A stretch of 64,000 bases of DNA from the human T2T-CHM13v2.0 reference genome, Homo sapiens, in the NCBI RefSeq assembly GCF_009914755.1, contig NC_060938.1. One strand, 5' to 3'. Numbering within the stretch: position 1 is the first letter of the stretch; each line of letters starts with the position of its first letter. Below, piece by piece: positions 46,868 to 60,827 of this stretch. The position numbers were made by a program, and so were the translations under genes. The notes below the pieces were generated by a model. It did not search any database, was not told the origin of the DNA, and worked only from the letters and a program-made list of their open reading frames with translations.

Positions 46868-47065
46868 CTTTTTTCATTGTGCAAAAATATCCATCACATA
46901 AATGTACTATTTTGACCTTTTTTAAGCATGCAGTTGAATGGCAGTCAGTGCACTCACATTGTTGACTATCAGCACTAGCACCCATTTCCAGAACCTGTTC
47001 GTCATCCCAAACAGAAGCTCTGTACCCATTAAACACTAACTCCCCCTTCCCCTATCTCCAGCCCA
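46868..47065 (-). mobile_element. L1MB-like 3' end fragment
   Basis: catttccagaacctgttcgtcatcccaaacagaagctctgtacccattaaaca. Confidence 0.75.
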
Positions 47066-47315
47066 CGTAGCTGATGCACTCATGTTTTCTAATGTATTCT
47101 AGTCTATTCCATTAAACAAACACTGGTGAGGACTCAGTAGCAAGATCCACTTTGAAGTACACTCCTCATGCCACAGCTGGGGACACTGATGGGCAGAGAG
47201 GGCCAGGGGTCACACAGAGAGCCAGGGACCAGCCAGGCAGCCAGGCAAATTGCCTGACACCCATCACTACCGTCCTTGGCCTCACACTGCACTTGTATGG
47301 ATGGCCCAAACTGAT

Positions 47316-48125
47316 TTCTGTCTTTCTCTCTTTCACAGGAAATTAAGAAGACAGAGAGCAAAGAGAACAGCATAGCAAACAGTTGTGTGGCCACCATCTC
47401 AAACCGACAAGTTTTCATGTTTCATCACAGTTGCTTGACATTTTTATAAAAGGAACGCAATATTACAGATAAGGCTGCCTCCTTGTTCTCGTTCTCAGGG
47501 CACTCTCCCCGCAGGTACCATGAATTTCACCCCCCTGAATCTGGCGTGGGTTTCTCCAGTCCACTGTTTTCATGTTTACACCTACAGAAAGAGATATCTA
47601 TGAATAATTCATAGTGTTGTTTGCAGTATGTTTTTAAACATTTCATAAATGATATTACACAGTGAGCTTGTTTTGCACTCAACATAATGTTTTTGAGATG
47701 TAACCATGTTGATATATGTGTGTGTGTGTGTGTGTGTACTTAAGTTGTTTCCAATTTATTTTCCTATTATAATGCCCCAATTATGTATGAGTCTCTTTAG
47801 ATAATAGATCTAGAAGTGGAATAGCCGAGTCTTTGTGAATATGCATTTTCAATTCCAATTTTGCTTTGGATATTGACAAATTGCTTCCCAAAGTGGCTGA
47901 ATTAATTTACACTCCTACCAGCAGTGTGTGAGAATGGCTGTTTCTCTTTATCTCCACTAACTCTTGATACTGTCAGTCTTTTAACATTTTACCAACTTGA
48001 TTAGTGTGAAATGTTCTCTTGTTTACTTTAAATCATATTTTCCTGATGATTATGGAAGCTAAGTCTCTTTTCATACATGCATTAGTAATTTTCTTTTTCT
48101 TCTTCTGTGAATGGCTTATGCTATT
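47316..48125 (-). mobile_element. L1ME-like 3' fragment containing a (TG)n at 47717-47737
   Basis: tattacagataaggctg, ttcccaaagtggctg...tttacactcctaccagcagtgtgtgaga. Confidence 0.6.
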
Positions 48126-48135
48126 ATTCCATCGT

Positions 48136-48320
48136 AAGGGTTAGCAACCTATAGCCAATTGGCCAAATTCAGCCTGTGGACTGTTTTTCTATTGCCCGCG
48201 AGCTAAGAATAGTTTTTACAAAGGGTCATAAAAGAAGATGTGACAGAGATTATATGTGTCCTGCCAAGCCTAAAACATTTACTACTGGGTGTTTACAGAA
48301 ATAAAGTTTAGTGATTCCGG
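48136..48320. mobile_element. hAT MITE (MER58A-like)
   Basis: ggccaaattcagcc...gagctaagaatagtttttaca...gcctaaaacatttacta. Confidence 0.7.
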
Positions 48321-48933
48321 TTCTATTGGGTATTTTCTTTTTATTGATCCATATTCTGGATAACAGTAATTTGCCTAAACTAGACCCCCTCCTCGTCTCC
48401 AATCATTCTGCTGGTGGAGTGTGGTGAGCCTCTGCTGTCCCAGGGCCATGTTCTAACACATGTTTCATTAGAAAAAAAAACGATTTTCCCACATTCTGTT
48501 AAGTTTCGATTATATCCAGAAGGTGTCATCTAACTTTGACTCACTCTGAGATTCTCTGAATAGAATCCATTGAGTTCTCTGCCCCGTGGAACGCAGGCTG
48601 CAGAGTTCTGCCTCTGGCCCTGATGGAGGCACTGGTACTGAACTTGCTCTTCTGGAATAAACAACCAGAAAACTGGACAATGACTGTGAAACAACTTCTT
48701 CCAGACATGGGAAAACAAGCAGCAAAGATTGTAATCTCCAAGAGAAGAGGGGACAGGGAGGGGGACCCAAGTGCAGGATGGGGTGTCACCGAGGTGAGGA
48801 TACAGTGTGGAGTCTGGGGAGGCAAAGGCAGCCGGTACTTGAGGTTCAGAGTACCCGAGATGAGGGGGCTACCCAGAGAGGGAGGGTCCCGGAGTCTGCA
48901 TGGTGATTCCCTTTAGACATTGTCTGAAGACTA

Positions 48934-49246
48934 GGCTGGGCAAGGTGGCTCATGCCTGTAATCCCAGCACTTTGGGAGGCTGAGGCAGGCAGATCACTTG
49001 AGGTCAGAAATTCAAGACCAGACTGGTCAATACAGTGAAACCCCGTCTCTACCAAAAATACAAAAATTAGCTGGGTCTGGTGGTGCATGCCTGTAATCCC
49101 AGATACTCAGGAGGCTGAGGCAGGAGAATCGCTTGAACCCAGGAGGTGGAGGTTGCAGTGAGCTACAATCCCCATGGCACTCCAACCTGGGAAACAAAGC
49201 AAAACTCTGTCTCAATAAACAAACAAACAAACAAACAAACAAAAAA
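48934..49246 (+). mobile_element. Alu (AluS-like), (AAAC)n tail, ~19-bp TSD
   Basis: agacattgtctgaagacta (48915-48933) versus agacattgactgaagacta (49247-49265). Confidence 0.95.
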
Positions 49247-49605
49247 AGACATTGACTGAAGACTAAGCCATACATGTGCAGGGTGAGACTCCATAAAGCT
49301 GGGTAAAGAACTTCAGAGCTGTAAGTTGAACAATGCCTAGAGCTCACTCAGGACAAGAATAAATTTGCATTTCAACTAACCAGAGAGGGGATACCTCAGG
49401 AACACCCAGGACATTCAGGAGATCTCAGAATGGGTATGACTAAGTAGTCAGGCTGAATTAGCTCTAGAGGGAGCCTTCTTTAAAAATGCTTTCATAAAGG
49501 TTAAAAACAAACCTCAAAAGGATCTGATCTGCAAGCAACTTAGCTGAGTGCTAAAATGAACTTCAACATTCTTTGGAAAATAACAGAAGCTACACACTCA
49601 ATATT

Positions 49606-50030
49606 GTGTTGATCTAGAGGAAAAAATTGAGGCAAACAATGTAAGAGTTTATTTGGGTCAAGTCTGAGAACTGCAACCTGGGAGCACTGATTTCAATTGC
49701 CCTGAATATATACTCTGATAAGCAACAGTTGCTAGCAGGTTTTTAAAGAAAAAAAAGAGGCAGTTCCTAAGTTGTTTACCAAGAATTTACATTAAAATAA
49801 CATAAGCAGTTGATTGGCTGTATATTATTCTTTGTTTCACAAATTCCAGGAACGTGAAGACAATGGGTGAGGCAGCTAGTCAGGAACAAAATGACTTTCA
49901 ACAATTGCCCCTGGGCATGGGTGTGGAAGGTGTGACTGAAGTCCCCCCATACACTCATGTCTTGCAGGGCCTGCGAAATTTTGCATACCTCAAATAGCCC
50001 AGACTGCTCTGAGCTATTTTTCTTTTCTCA
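49606..50030 (-). mobile_element. ERV1-group solo LTR (MER83-like)
   Basis: The minus strand starts tgagaaaagaaaaatagctcagagcagtctg and has an aataaa signal near the far end. Family name recalled and tentative. Confidence 0.6.
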
Positions 50031-50192
50031 AATGTAACATGCATAAGGTCCAGCATCCAACTTAAAAATGATTAGACATATAAACAATCAGAAAAAGTTG
50101 GCCATAACCAGGAGAAAAATCAATCAAGTGAAACAGACACCAATGACAGAGATGACGGAAGAAGTAGATAATCACTTCATAGAATAGCCATT

Positions 50193-52467
50193 TGTGTTAG
50201 TCAATTTTCACGCTGCTGATAAAGACATACCTGAGACTGGGTAATTTATAAAGAAAAAGAGGTTTAATATAGTCACAGTTCCACATGGCTGGTGAGGCCC
50301 CACAATTATGGTGGAAGGTGAAAGGCACATCTTACATGGCAGGAGGCAAGAGAGAACTGAGAGCCAAGCAAAAGGAGTTTCCCCTTATAAAACCATCAGA
50401 TCTCATGAGACTTATTCACTACCATGAGAACAGTATGGGGGAAACTGCTTCCATGATTCAATGGGGGTCCCTTCCACAACATGTGGGAATTATGGGAGCT
50501 ACAATTCAAGATGAGATTTGAGTGGGGACACAGCTAAACCATATCATTCTGCCCCGTCCCCTTCCAAATTTCATGTCCTCACATTTCAAAATCAATCATG
50601 CCTTCCCAACAATACCCCAAAGTCTAAACTCATTTCAGCATTAACTCAAAAGTCCACAGTCCAAAGTCTCATCTGAGACAAGGCAAGTGTCTTCTGCCTA
50701 TGAGCCTGTAAAATCAAAAGCAAGTTAGTTACTTCCTAGATACAATCGGGGTACAGGCATTGGATAAATATACCCATTCCAAATGGGAGAAATGGACCAA
50801 AACGAAGGGGCTAAAGGCCCAACGCAAGTCCAAAATCCGGCAGGGCAGTCGAATCCTAAAGCTCCAAAATGATCTCCTTTGAATCCATGTCTCAGATCCA
50901 GGTCACACTGATGCAAGAGGTGGGTTCCCATGGTCTTGGGCAGCTCTGCACCTGTGGCTTTGCAGGGTACAGCCTCCCTTCTGGCTGCTTTCATGGCCTG
51001 GAGTTGAGTGTCTGTGGCTTTTCCAGGTGCACGGTGGAAGCTGTGGGTGGGTCTACCATTCTGGGGTCTGGAGGATGGTGGCCCTCTTCTCACAGCTACA
51101 ATAGGCAGTGCCCCAGTGGGGACTCTGTGTGGGCACTTCAACTCCATATTTCTTTTTGCTCTGCCCTAGCAGAGGTTTTCCATGAGGGCCCTGCCCTTGC
51201 AGCAAACTTCTGCCTGGACATCCAGGCATTTCCATACATCCACTGAAATCTAGGCAGAGGTTCTGAAACTTCAATCCTTGACATCTGTGCACCTGCAGGC
51301 TCAACACCATGTGGAAGGTGCAAAGGCTTGGTGCTTGCACCCTGTGAAGCCACAGCCCAAGCTGTACCTTGGCCCCTTTTAGCCATGGCTAGAGTGGCTG
51401 GGACTCAGAACACCAAGTCCCTAGGCTGCACACAGCAGTGGTGCCCTGGGCCCAATAAACCATTTTTTTTCTTCTCAGCCTCCGGGCCTGTGATAGGAGG
51501 GGCTGTGCTGAAGACCTCTGACATACCCTGGAGACATTTTCCTCATTGTTTTGGCAATGAATATTTGGCTCCTCGCTACTTATCCAGATTTCTGTAGCCA
51601 TCTTGAATTTCTCCTCAGAAAACGGGCTTTTCTTTTTTATTGCATCATCAGGCCACACATTTTTCAAACTTTTATGCTCTGTTTTCCTTTTAAAACAGAA
51701 TGTCTTTAATGGCACTCAAGTTACCTCTTGAATGTTTTGCTGCTTAGAAATTTCTTCTGCCAGATACACTAAATAATCTCCCTCAAGTTCAAAGTTCCAC
51801 AATTATCTAAGGCAGGGGCAAAATGCCACCAGTCTTTTTGCTAAAACATAGAAAGAGTCACCTTCGCTCCACTTGCCAAAAAGTTCCTCATCTCCACCTG
51901 AGACCACCTCAGCCTGGATTTCATTGTCCGTATCACTATCAGCATTTTGGTCAAAGCCATTCAACAAGGGTCCAGAAAGTTCCAAACTTTCTCACATTTT
52001 CCTGTCTTCTTCTGAGCCCTCCAAACTGTTCCAACCTTTGCCCGTTACCCAGTTCCAGAGTCACTTCCACATTTTCGGGTATCTTTACAGCAGCACTCCA
52101 CTCTGCTGGTACCAATTTACTGTCTTATTCCTTTTTCACACTGCTGGTAAAGACATACCTGAGACTGCATAATTTAAAAAGAGGTTTAATGGACTCACAG
52201 TTCCACATGGCTGGGCAGGCCTCACAATCACGGCAGACGGCAAAAGGCATGTCTTACATGGCAGCAGGCAAGAGAGAAATGAGAGCCAAGCTAAAGGGGT
52301 TTCCCCTTATTAAACCATTAGATCTCATGAGATTTATTCACTATCATGAGAACAGCATGAGGAAACTGCCCCCATGATTCAATGGGGATCCCTCCCACAA
52401 CACATGGGAATTATGGGAGCTACAGTTCAACATGAGATTTGGGTGGGGTTACAGCTAAGCCATTTCA
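50193..52467 (-). mobile_element. Complete THE1 (THE1B/C-like) MaLR provirus: LTR 50193-50546, internal 50547-52120, LTR 52121-52467
   Basis: Two homologous ~350-bp LTRs, a ~1.57-kb THE1 internal region, and a perfect CCATT TSD at 50188-50192 and 52468-52472. Confidence 0.95.
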
Positions 52468-52475
52468 CCATTATA

Positions 52476-53178
52476 TGGCTATTATTAAAAAGTCAAAAAA
52501 TGACAGATGCTGGCAAGGTTGCGGAGAAAAGGGAAAACTAATACACTGTTGGTGGCATTGTAAATTAGTTCAACCATTGTGAAAAGGATAGCAAGTCCTC
52601 AACGAGCTAAATATAGGAATTCCATTGGACCCAGCAATCCCATTACTGGGTATATACCCAGAGGAATATAAATCATTCTACTATAAGGACACATGCATGC
52701 AAATATTAATTTCAGCACTATTCACAATAGCAAAGAGATGGAATCAATCTAAATGCCCATCAATGACAGATTGGATAAAGAAAATGTGGTACATATACAC
52801 CATGGAATACTATGTAGCCCTAAAAAAAGAACAAGATTATGTCTTTTGTGGGAACATGGATGGATACAGAGGCCATTATCCTTAGCAAATGAACACAGGA
52901 ACAGAAAACCAAATACCACATATTCTCACTTATAAGTGGGAGCTAAATGATGAGAACTCATGAATGCAAGGAAAGGAACAACAGACACTGGGGTCTACTT
53001 GAGGATAGAGGGTGGAAGAAGGGAGAGGATCAGAAAATATAACTATTGGGTACTAGGCTTAGTACGTGGGTGATCAAATAACCTGTACAACAAACTCCCA
53101 TTACACGAGTTTACCTATACAACCAACCTGCACATGTACCCTCAAACCTAAAATAAAAGTTAAAAATTAAAAAAAAAT
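52476..53178 (+). mobile_element. 5'-truncated older L1PA (L1PA13-16-like) 3' end with A-tail
   Basis: ORF 52625-52885 ([23 protein letters not shown]...), aataaaag and an A-rich tail. Confidence 0.88.
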
Positions 53179-53543
53179 TAAATGACTATTATAAATATGC
53201 TCAAGGATTTAAAGGAAAACATGAACACAATGAGGAAAGATATGAAATCTATAAAAATGAGCCCAATGCAAGTAATAAAGGCAAAAATTATCTGAAATTA
53301 AAAAGTCACTGGATGAATTGACAGTCTAATAGATACTGAATAAACGATCAATTAACATAAATATATATATTTGTTATTTACCTCAGTAAAACTGAGGGAG
53401 GGGGATGGAGGAGGAAAAGCCTTAAAAGAATCTAGTAAAACAAAAAGAAACAACACATACAGCAGCATGAAGATAAAATGGCTGCTGATTTATCATCAGA
53501 AATAGTGCAAGACAAAAGATAATACAAAACATCTTTTAAATAA

Positions 53544-54229
53544 TGTAATACAAATGGGTTCACCTTGTCAGCTGCCTAGACAGAGCCAATTTATCAAGAC
53601 AAGGGAATGACAACAGAGAAAGAGTAATTCACGCAGAGCTTGCTGTACGGGAGACCACAGTTTTGTTATTATTAAAAATCAATCTCTCTGAGCATTCACA
53701 GATCAGAGTTTTTAAGAACAATTTAGTGGGTGAGGGGAAGCCAGTGAGTCAGGAGCACTGATCGGTCAGGTCAGAGATGAAATCATAGGGAGTCGAAGCT
53801 GTCTTCTTGTGCTAAGTCAGTTCCTGGGTGGGGGGGCCACAAGATCATATGAGCCAGTTTATTGATCTGGGTGGTGCCAGCTGATTCATCAAGCACAGGG
53901 TCTGCAATCTCAAGCACTGATCTTAGGAGCAGTTTAGGGAGGGTCAGACTCTTGTAGCCTCCAGCTGCATGACTTCTAAACCATAATTTCTAATTTTGTG
54001 GCTAATTTCTTAGTCATGCGAAGGCAGTCTAGTCCCCAGGCAAGGAGGTTTGCTTTGGGAAAGGGTTGTTATAGCCTTGGTTTTGAACTATAGGCTAAGT
54101 TTCTCCCAAAGTTAGTTCAACATACACCCAGGACTGAACAAAGACAGCTTGGAGGTTAGAGGTGAGATAGAGTCAGTTAAGTTAGATCTCTTTCACTGTC
54201 TCAGTCATAATTTTGCAAAGGCAGTTTCA
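53544..54229 (-). mobile_element. ERV1 solo LTR (LTR8-like)
   Basis: The minus strand starts tgaaactgcctttgcaaaattatgactgagacagtgaaagagatctaac and ends ...ttaca. Confidence 0.8.
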
Positions 54230-54284
54230 ATATCCTCATAGAACTTTACATTCATTGAAATTATCCTTCAAAAATCAAGCTGAA

Positions 54285-54676
<392 letters not shown>

Positions 54677-54786
54677 TTAAACTGAAAGAAAATTATATGA
54701 GATGGAGATTCAGATCAACACAAAGAAATAAGCAGCAAAAAAAAAAAGCAAAACTGTGAATAAATCTAAAAGACATTGTTTTCTCA

Positions 54787-55176
<390 letters not shown>

Positions 55177-55278
55177 TTAGGAGTTTGTAACATCTGTAGA
55201 ATAATATATGGACAACAATGCACAGACGACAGGAGGGAGAAACAGAAATATACAGCTTATATATTTTGCAGAATACAC

Positions 55279-55917
55279 TATGAAAGGAAATTAAATCTTG
55301 GGACCCTAAACTCATTAAGCCAAAGGGAAAAGTCAAGCTGGGAAGTGGGACATGCAAACTGCCTCCCCCTTTTGGTTCCTAAATAAGATGGCTACAAGAT
55401 GAAAAGCTACATGCCTCCCTTGTATTTTGCCCACAAGGAAATTCCTAGTGAGCTGCAAGATCTTTTAAGGTGTTTCTGTTAAAATTTCACCATGGCAATG
55501 CAAACTGATAGCTTATCTTTACAGGTGCAGTCACCCCGGCCCACCAGACACGACTGCATATCTGATTGTTCCCCTGCCCCATTGTGTCTATGTTATCTCA
55601 TGTAAAATCCAGATTCTCTGCATTTTTCCTCTGCCCCATTTGTCTGTGTCATCTTATGTAAAAAAAAAAAAAAAAAAAAAAAAAAATGCAGATTCACTGA
55701 GCCAGACAAAGGCATGAATGATTCTTTTTCCCTACCTGCTTTTTACACGAAAATCGTGTACTTCTCAATATTTCACCCTTTCTCCTTTAAATTTAGAGCC
55801 CTCAAAATTATCTTCAAAGAAAGACATAGAACTGTCTCCCGGGCGCACATCCTTAACTTTGGCAAATAAATCTCTTAAAATGATTGAGACTTGTCTCATC
55901 ATTTTTCTTGATCAACA
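55279..55917 (+). mobile_element. MER4-family ERV1 solo LTR with an internal A27 run
   Basis: tgaaaggaaattaaatcttgggaccc...ttggcaaataaa...gatcaaca; poly-A at 55660-55686. Confidence 0.8.
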
Positions 55918-55993
55918 TCACACAATAGTAACTTTTCTTGAACATAAACTGCAATAAATTAAGCATGCATATCATAAATCCTAGATCAAGCTT

Positions 55994-56063
55994 TAAAAAG
56001 CATAAAGCAAAGGTATAACTGATAAGCCTAAAAAGCATAAAGCAAAGGTATAACTGATAAGCC
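55994..56063 (+). repeat. Perfect 35-bp tandem duplication
   Basis: taaaaagcataaagcaaaggtataactgataagcc twice. Confidence 0.97.
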
Positions 56064-56259
56064 TATAGAGGAGAGCAAATGGAATGCTAAAATGAATCCA
56101 AAAGAATACAGGAAAAAGGAAGAACAGGAACAAAGGACGTAGAATGAGGTATAATGAGGTTGGGAAAGAGAAAACAAATAGCAAGATTATAGAATTAAAT
56201 TTAAAATATAAATGGTCTAAATTAAAAAGCAAAGATTATTAGACTTAATAAAAAAGTAA

Positions 56260-59200
56260 TACTGGAGACTTCCAATTTTAGCTCTGACATGTAAAGTATT
56301 TGAAAACAATCACTCCCATCTTTACTACAAAGAAAAAGGCTGAACAAAGTGAAAATCAGTGCCTTTGTTGGACCCATCAGAGAATTGAGGTCCCAGGGAA
56401 GACTCCACTCAGAAATGGGAGAGACAGGAGAATGCAGAGGCTCACAGCTGAGATCTGCTTACCTGGAGCAAAAGCCACTGGAGTCATAAACTGGTGGGAA
56501 CATATTAATGGTAATTGGGACAAATTTCCAGCAGCTGAATGTGGACTGGCATAAGAGTGAGACATTTCTGGGGGTCACATTCCTAGCTACCCCTCCTCCA
56601 CTTGATTAGGTTTTATTTTTAATCCCACTGAGTTTTCACTGTGAATAGCCACAAAAAAAATCCCCTCACATCTCAATCAGGGAGAGGGGAAAATTAACCA
56701 TTTTGAAATAGTCTCAGAGCATGTCCGTAACAAAGGCCTACTCAGCAGGGGAAAGAACTTTATCAGAGCCTTATTTCAGGAGCCAGGCCAATTTCCAAAC
56801 TCCTACCCCCTCTGGTCTTCCTGTCTTACCTAAGCTGGGGAGAAAAGGGCAAAGCTAAGAAACACTTGTGAAAGTCACAACCCAGGGACATAAACTCATT
56901 AAAAGCCAAAAGCATAATCATAAGATGATAGAATGTTTTCCCTTCCCATACTCGACAACCACATCAACAGGGCTACAATGTAATAATGATGAATTACAGG
57001 TGAGAGAGCTAGAAAGCACAGAGTGTATTTAAGAAATAGTTCTTAGAGAAACAGAAAGACAATGAGAGAGAAAAAAACAAAAACCCTAGAGGAATTTGAA
57101 GCCTCTGGAATTTACAACTACATCAAACATTAAACACAGTTCAGCTCCTAGCCAGATTAACCTAAAACTTCACACTAAAGGCTGAATGTCTCAGTTATTA
57201 TAACCAGATACATTGTGTTGGGCTTTTATTTTTTTTAATTAGAAGATATTCTAAAAGGTAAGGAAAAACAAGATCAAACTATATGCTGTCTATAAAAATC
57301 CCAGTTTAAGTATACAGGCACACATAGATGAAAATAAAAGAATGGGAAAGGAGATATCACACAGACACTAATAACAAGAAAACTGGGGTGTTTGTGTGCA
57401 TAGTAGACCAAAAAAACTTCAGGACCAGGGATATTCCCAGAAAAAGATAGGGACAGTTTACAATGACAAAATGTTTAGTTCAAGATATATACAACAAAGA
57501 CATGTATGCTCCTAATAACAGAGCTTTAAAATATGTATAGCAAAAAAACAGACAAAACTAAAAGAAGAAATGAAAATGAACAATTAATTTGAGATTTTCT
57601 TCCACCTCTCTTAGTAACTGAGAGAAAAGTATAAAGAGAATTTCTAAAGATTAAGGTTAAGAATTACATTAGACTTTTCTTCAGAAAGTACATTAGCAAG
57701 AAGAGTTGGAGTTAAACATTTTAAGTTTGAAAGAAAAAAATCCAACAACCTAAAATTTTGTATCTAGTGAAGTTATCCTCCAAAAGTAAAGAAAAAATGT
57801 TGCAGACAAAAAAAAATTGAGGGAATTTGCCACCATTAGACTTGCCTTGAAAGAAATGTTAAAAAGAAGTTCTTTAGAGAGAAGGAAAATGAAATAGGTC
57901 AGAAACTTGAGTCAACATAAAGAAGTGTGTTAGAGAATGAATACGTAATGGTAAAGTAAAATCTTTTATTTTTCTTATTCTTAATTGATCTTGCAAACAA
58001 CAATTTGTTCAAAATAATAGCAACAATATATTTACTGATTATACTTTAGAATAAGTGAAATGAACAGCAGCAATGTTTTAAGGGACAGGAGGGAGGAATT
58101 GAGAGTGGTCTATTACAAAGTACCTGCACTCCCTAGGAAACAGTATAGCGTTATTTGAAGACGAATTTGGATTAGCTGCAAATGTACATTGCAAACTCTA
58201 GAACAGCCATTTTTAAAAGTAAAAGAAAAAAAGAAAGGAAGACATGGTAGTCCCCCCTTATCCATGGGGGATGCATTGCAAGATCCCAAGTGTATGCCTG
58301 AAACCGTGGATACTACTGAACCCTATATAGACTATGGTTGTTTTTCCTATACATACATACCTAAGATGAAGTTTAGTTTATACATTACACACAGTAAGAG
58401 ATTAACAACAATAACTAATAATAAAATAGAACAATTATAACAATACACTGTAATAAAAGTTATGTGAATATTGTCTGACTCTCAAAATATTTTATTGGAC
58501 TGCACTCACCTACTTTTAGACTGTGGTTGAGGGTGGGTAACTGAAATCACAGAAAGCAAACCTGTGGATAAGTGGGGGAATATTTTAATTAGTATTCTAA
58601 GAGAGGAGAGAAAATAGAATCACACAAAATGCTTGGTTAAAACTAGAGAAGGCAGAAGAAGAGTGAAAGACAAAAAGAAACAGAAAACAAGGACAAGGAA
58701 TAGAAAACCGTGACACATGTGATAGATATTAATCCAAACATCACTAGTCACTTCAAATGCCAGTGGTCCAAATACTTCAGTTAAAAGGCAGACTGTCAGA
58801 GTGAATTAAAAAAAAATCAATAAACTTGCTTTAAATATAAAGACTCAGATAGATTAAAAGTAACAGGATGGAGAAAGTTATACCATGCTAATACTATTCA
58901 ATGGAAAGCTGGAGTTGCTATATTAGTTTTAGACAAAGCAGCCTTCAGAGCAAGGAAAATTATCAGAGGTAAAGAACGGCACTGGATAATGATAAAGGAG
59001 TCCGTTCTCTGATAAGAAATAGCAATCTCTAATGTGTAAGAACAGAGTGTCATATACTTGGAGCAAAATCTGATAGAATAGCAAGAAGATGTAGAAGACT
59101 CCACTGTCACATGTGGAGACTTGAACACCACTCAGTAATGGACATATCAAGCAGACTGAAAATCAGTAAGGACATAGTTGAACATAACAGCACTATCATT

Positions 59201-60660
59201 CAGCCAGTTTACTGGATATCTATAGAATATTTTGTTAAGCGACAGCAAAATACATTCTTCTCAAGTTCACGTGGAACATTCACCAAGATAGACCAAATTC
59301 TAAGCCCTGACACACCTCAACAAGTTTAAAAGAATGGAAAAATAAAATGTGCTCTCTGAACACAATAAAACTAGAAATCAATAACAGAAAGACAATTGGA
59401 AAATTAAAAAATACCTGGAGATTAAACAACACACTTCTAAATAACACGTCAGTCAAAGAAAAAGGTCTCCAGAGAAATTAAGCAATATTTTGAAATAAAT
59501 GAAAATGAAAATACAACTTATCAAAATTTGTGAGATGCAACAAAAGCAGTGTTTAGAAGAAAGTTTATGGCATTGAAATAAGGCATTTTAGAAAAGAAGA
59601 AAGATCTGAAACAAATCATCTAAGTTTCCACCTCAAGAAACTAGAAAAGAACTAATTAAAAACATAGTAGACAGAAAAAATTAACTAAAGCAGACATCAA
59701 TGAAACTGAAATCAGGAACCTACTAGAGAAAATCAACAAAACCAAAAGCTGGTTCTTTAAAAAAAAAAAACCTATGAAATTGATAAACCTCTAGCCAAGT
59801 TAACAAAGAAAGAAATGAGACACAAATTATTAGCATTAGAAATAAAATAGAGGCCACTGCTACTGATTCTAAAGGAATATTGTAAAGGATAATAATAGAA
59901 TGTTATTACCATAACAACTCTGTGCCCACAAATATAATAACCTAGAAGAAATAGATCAATTTCTTAAAGATGCAATCTACCAAAACTTACACAAGAAAGA
60001 ATAGATAATATGAATAGGTATGTATGCATTAAAGGAATTGAATCAATAAATAACTACCTTCCAAACAGAAAGAACCAGGTCTGAATGGGTTCACTGATGA
60101 ACTCTACCAAACATTTAAGGAAGAAATGATAGTAATTTTCTATGATGTCTTCCAGATAATAGAAGCAAAAGGAATGTTTTGTAACTCATTCTATAAAGCC
60201 AGCATTACTCTAAAACCAAAACCAGACAAAGACACAAGGAGGGAAAGCCATAAGCCAATAGCGTTCGTAAACATAGGTGCAAAAATCTTCGATGAAAAAT
60301 TAGCAAGTCAAATCCAACAATGCATAAAAAGAATTATATACCACAACCGAGTGGGATTTATCTCAGGTACACAAAACTGGTTCAGCATTTGAAAATCTAG
60401 TCATGTAATCCATCACCTCAACAGGCTTAAGAAGAAAAATCACATGATCATATCAGCAGATTCAGAAAAAGCATCTAACAAAATCCAACACCCATTCATG
60501 ATAAAAGCTCTCAGCAAAGATGACTAGAGGGGAACTTGATAAGGAACCCACAGCTGTCAAAGCTCAACAAAAAGCCAACAGTGGTTGCACTTAAAGTTGA
60601 GAAACTTGAAGCTTCCCTGCTAAGATCAGGAGCAAGGTAAGAATGCCCTCCTCAACACTG
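56260..60660 (+). mobile_element. Decayed L1M tract (5' region, ORF1 end, ORF2 endonuclease-to-RT remnants)
   Basis: ORF remnants 59111-59329 (FFSSSRGTFTKIDQIL) and 60126-60392 (NSFYKASITLKPKPDKD...QIQQCIKRII). Confidence 0.8.
58245..58581 (-). mobile_element. Tigger7-derived MITE (MER44A-like)
   Basis: Terminal inverted repeats gtagtcccccctta-tccatgg and ctgtggataagtggggga; same family as 16163-16668, in the opposite orientation. Confidence 0.8.
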
Positions 60661-60703
60661 CTTTCCTTTTTTTTTAATTTAAATTTTGGTTTTTAATTGA
60701 TAA

Positions 60704-60827
60704 TATGAACCTCGAAAATCTGAGACAGGTCTCAGTTAATTTAGAAAGTTTATTTTGCCAAGTTTGAGGTCACAAGGCTGTGACCCAGCCTCAGGAGGTC
60801 CTGATGACATGTGTCCAAGGTGGTCAG
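60704..60827 (-). mobile_element. MER4A-like LTR 3' end, interrupted by HERV-H
   Basis: aaaatctgagacaggtctcagttaatttagaaagtttattttgccaag...gaggtcctgatgacatgtgtccaaggtggtcag. Confidence 0.75.

Noticed and set aside
50725-52377. ORFs in the THE1 internal region
   Set aside because: Fragmented, frameshifted remnants of the non-autonomous MaLR interior.
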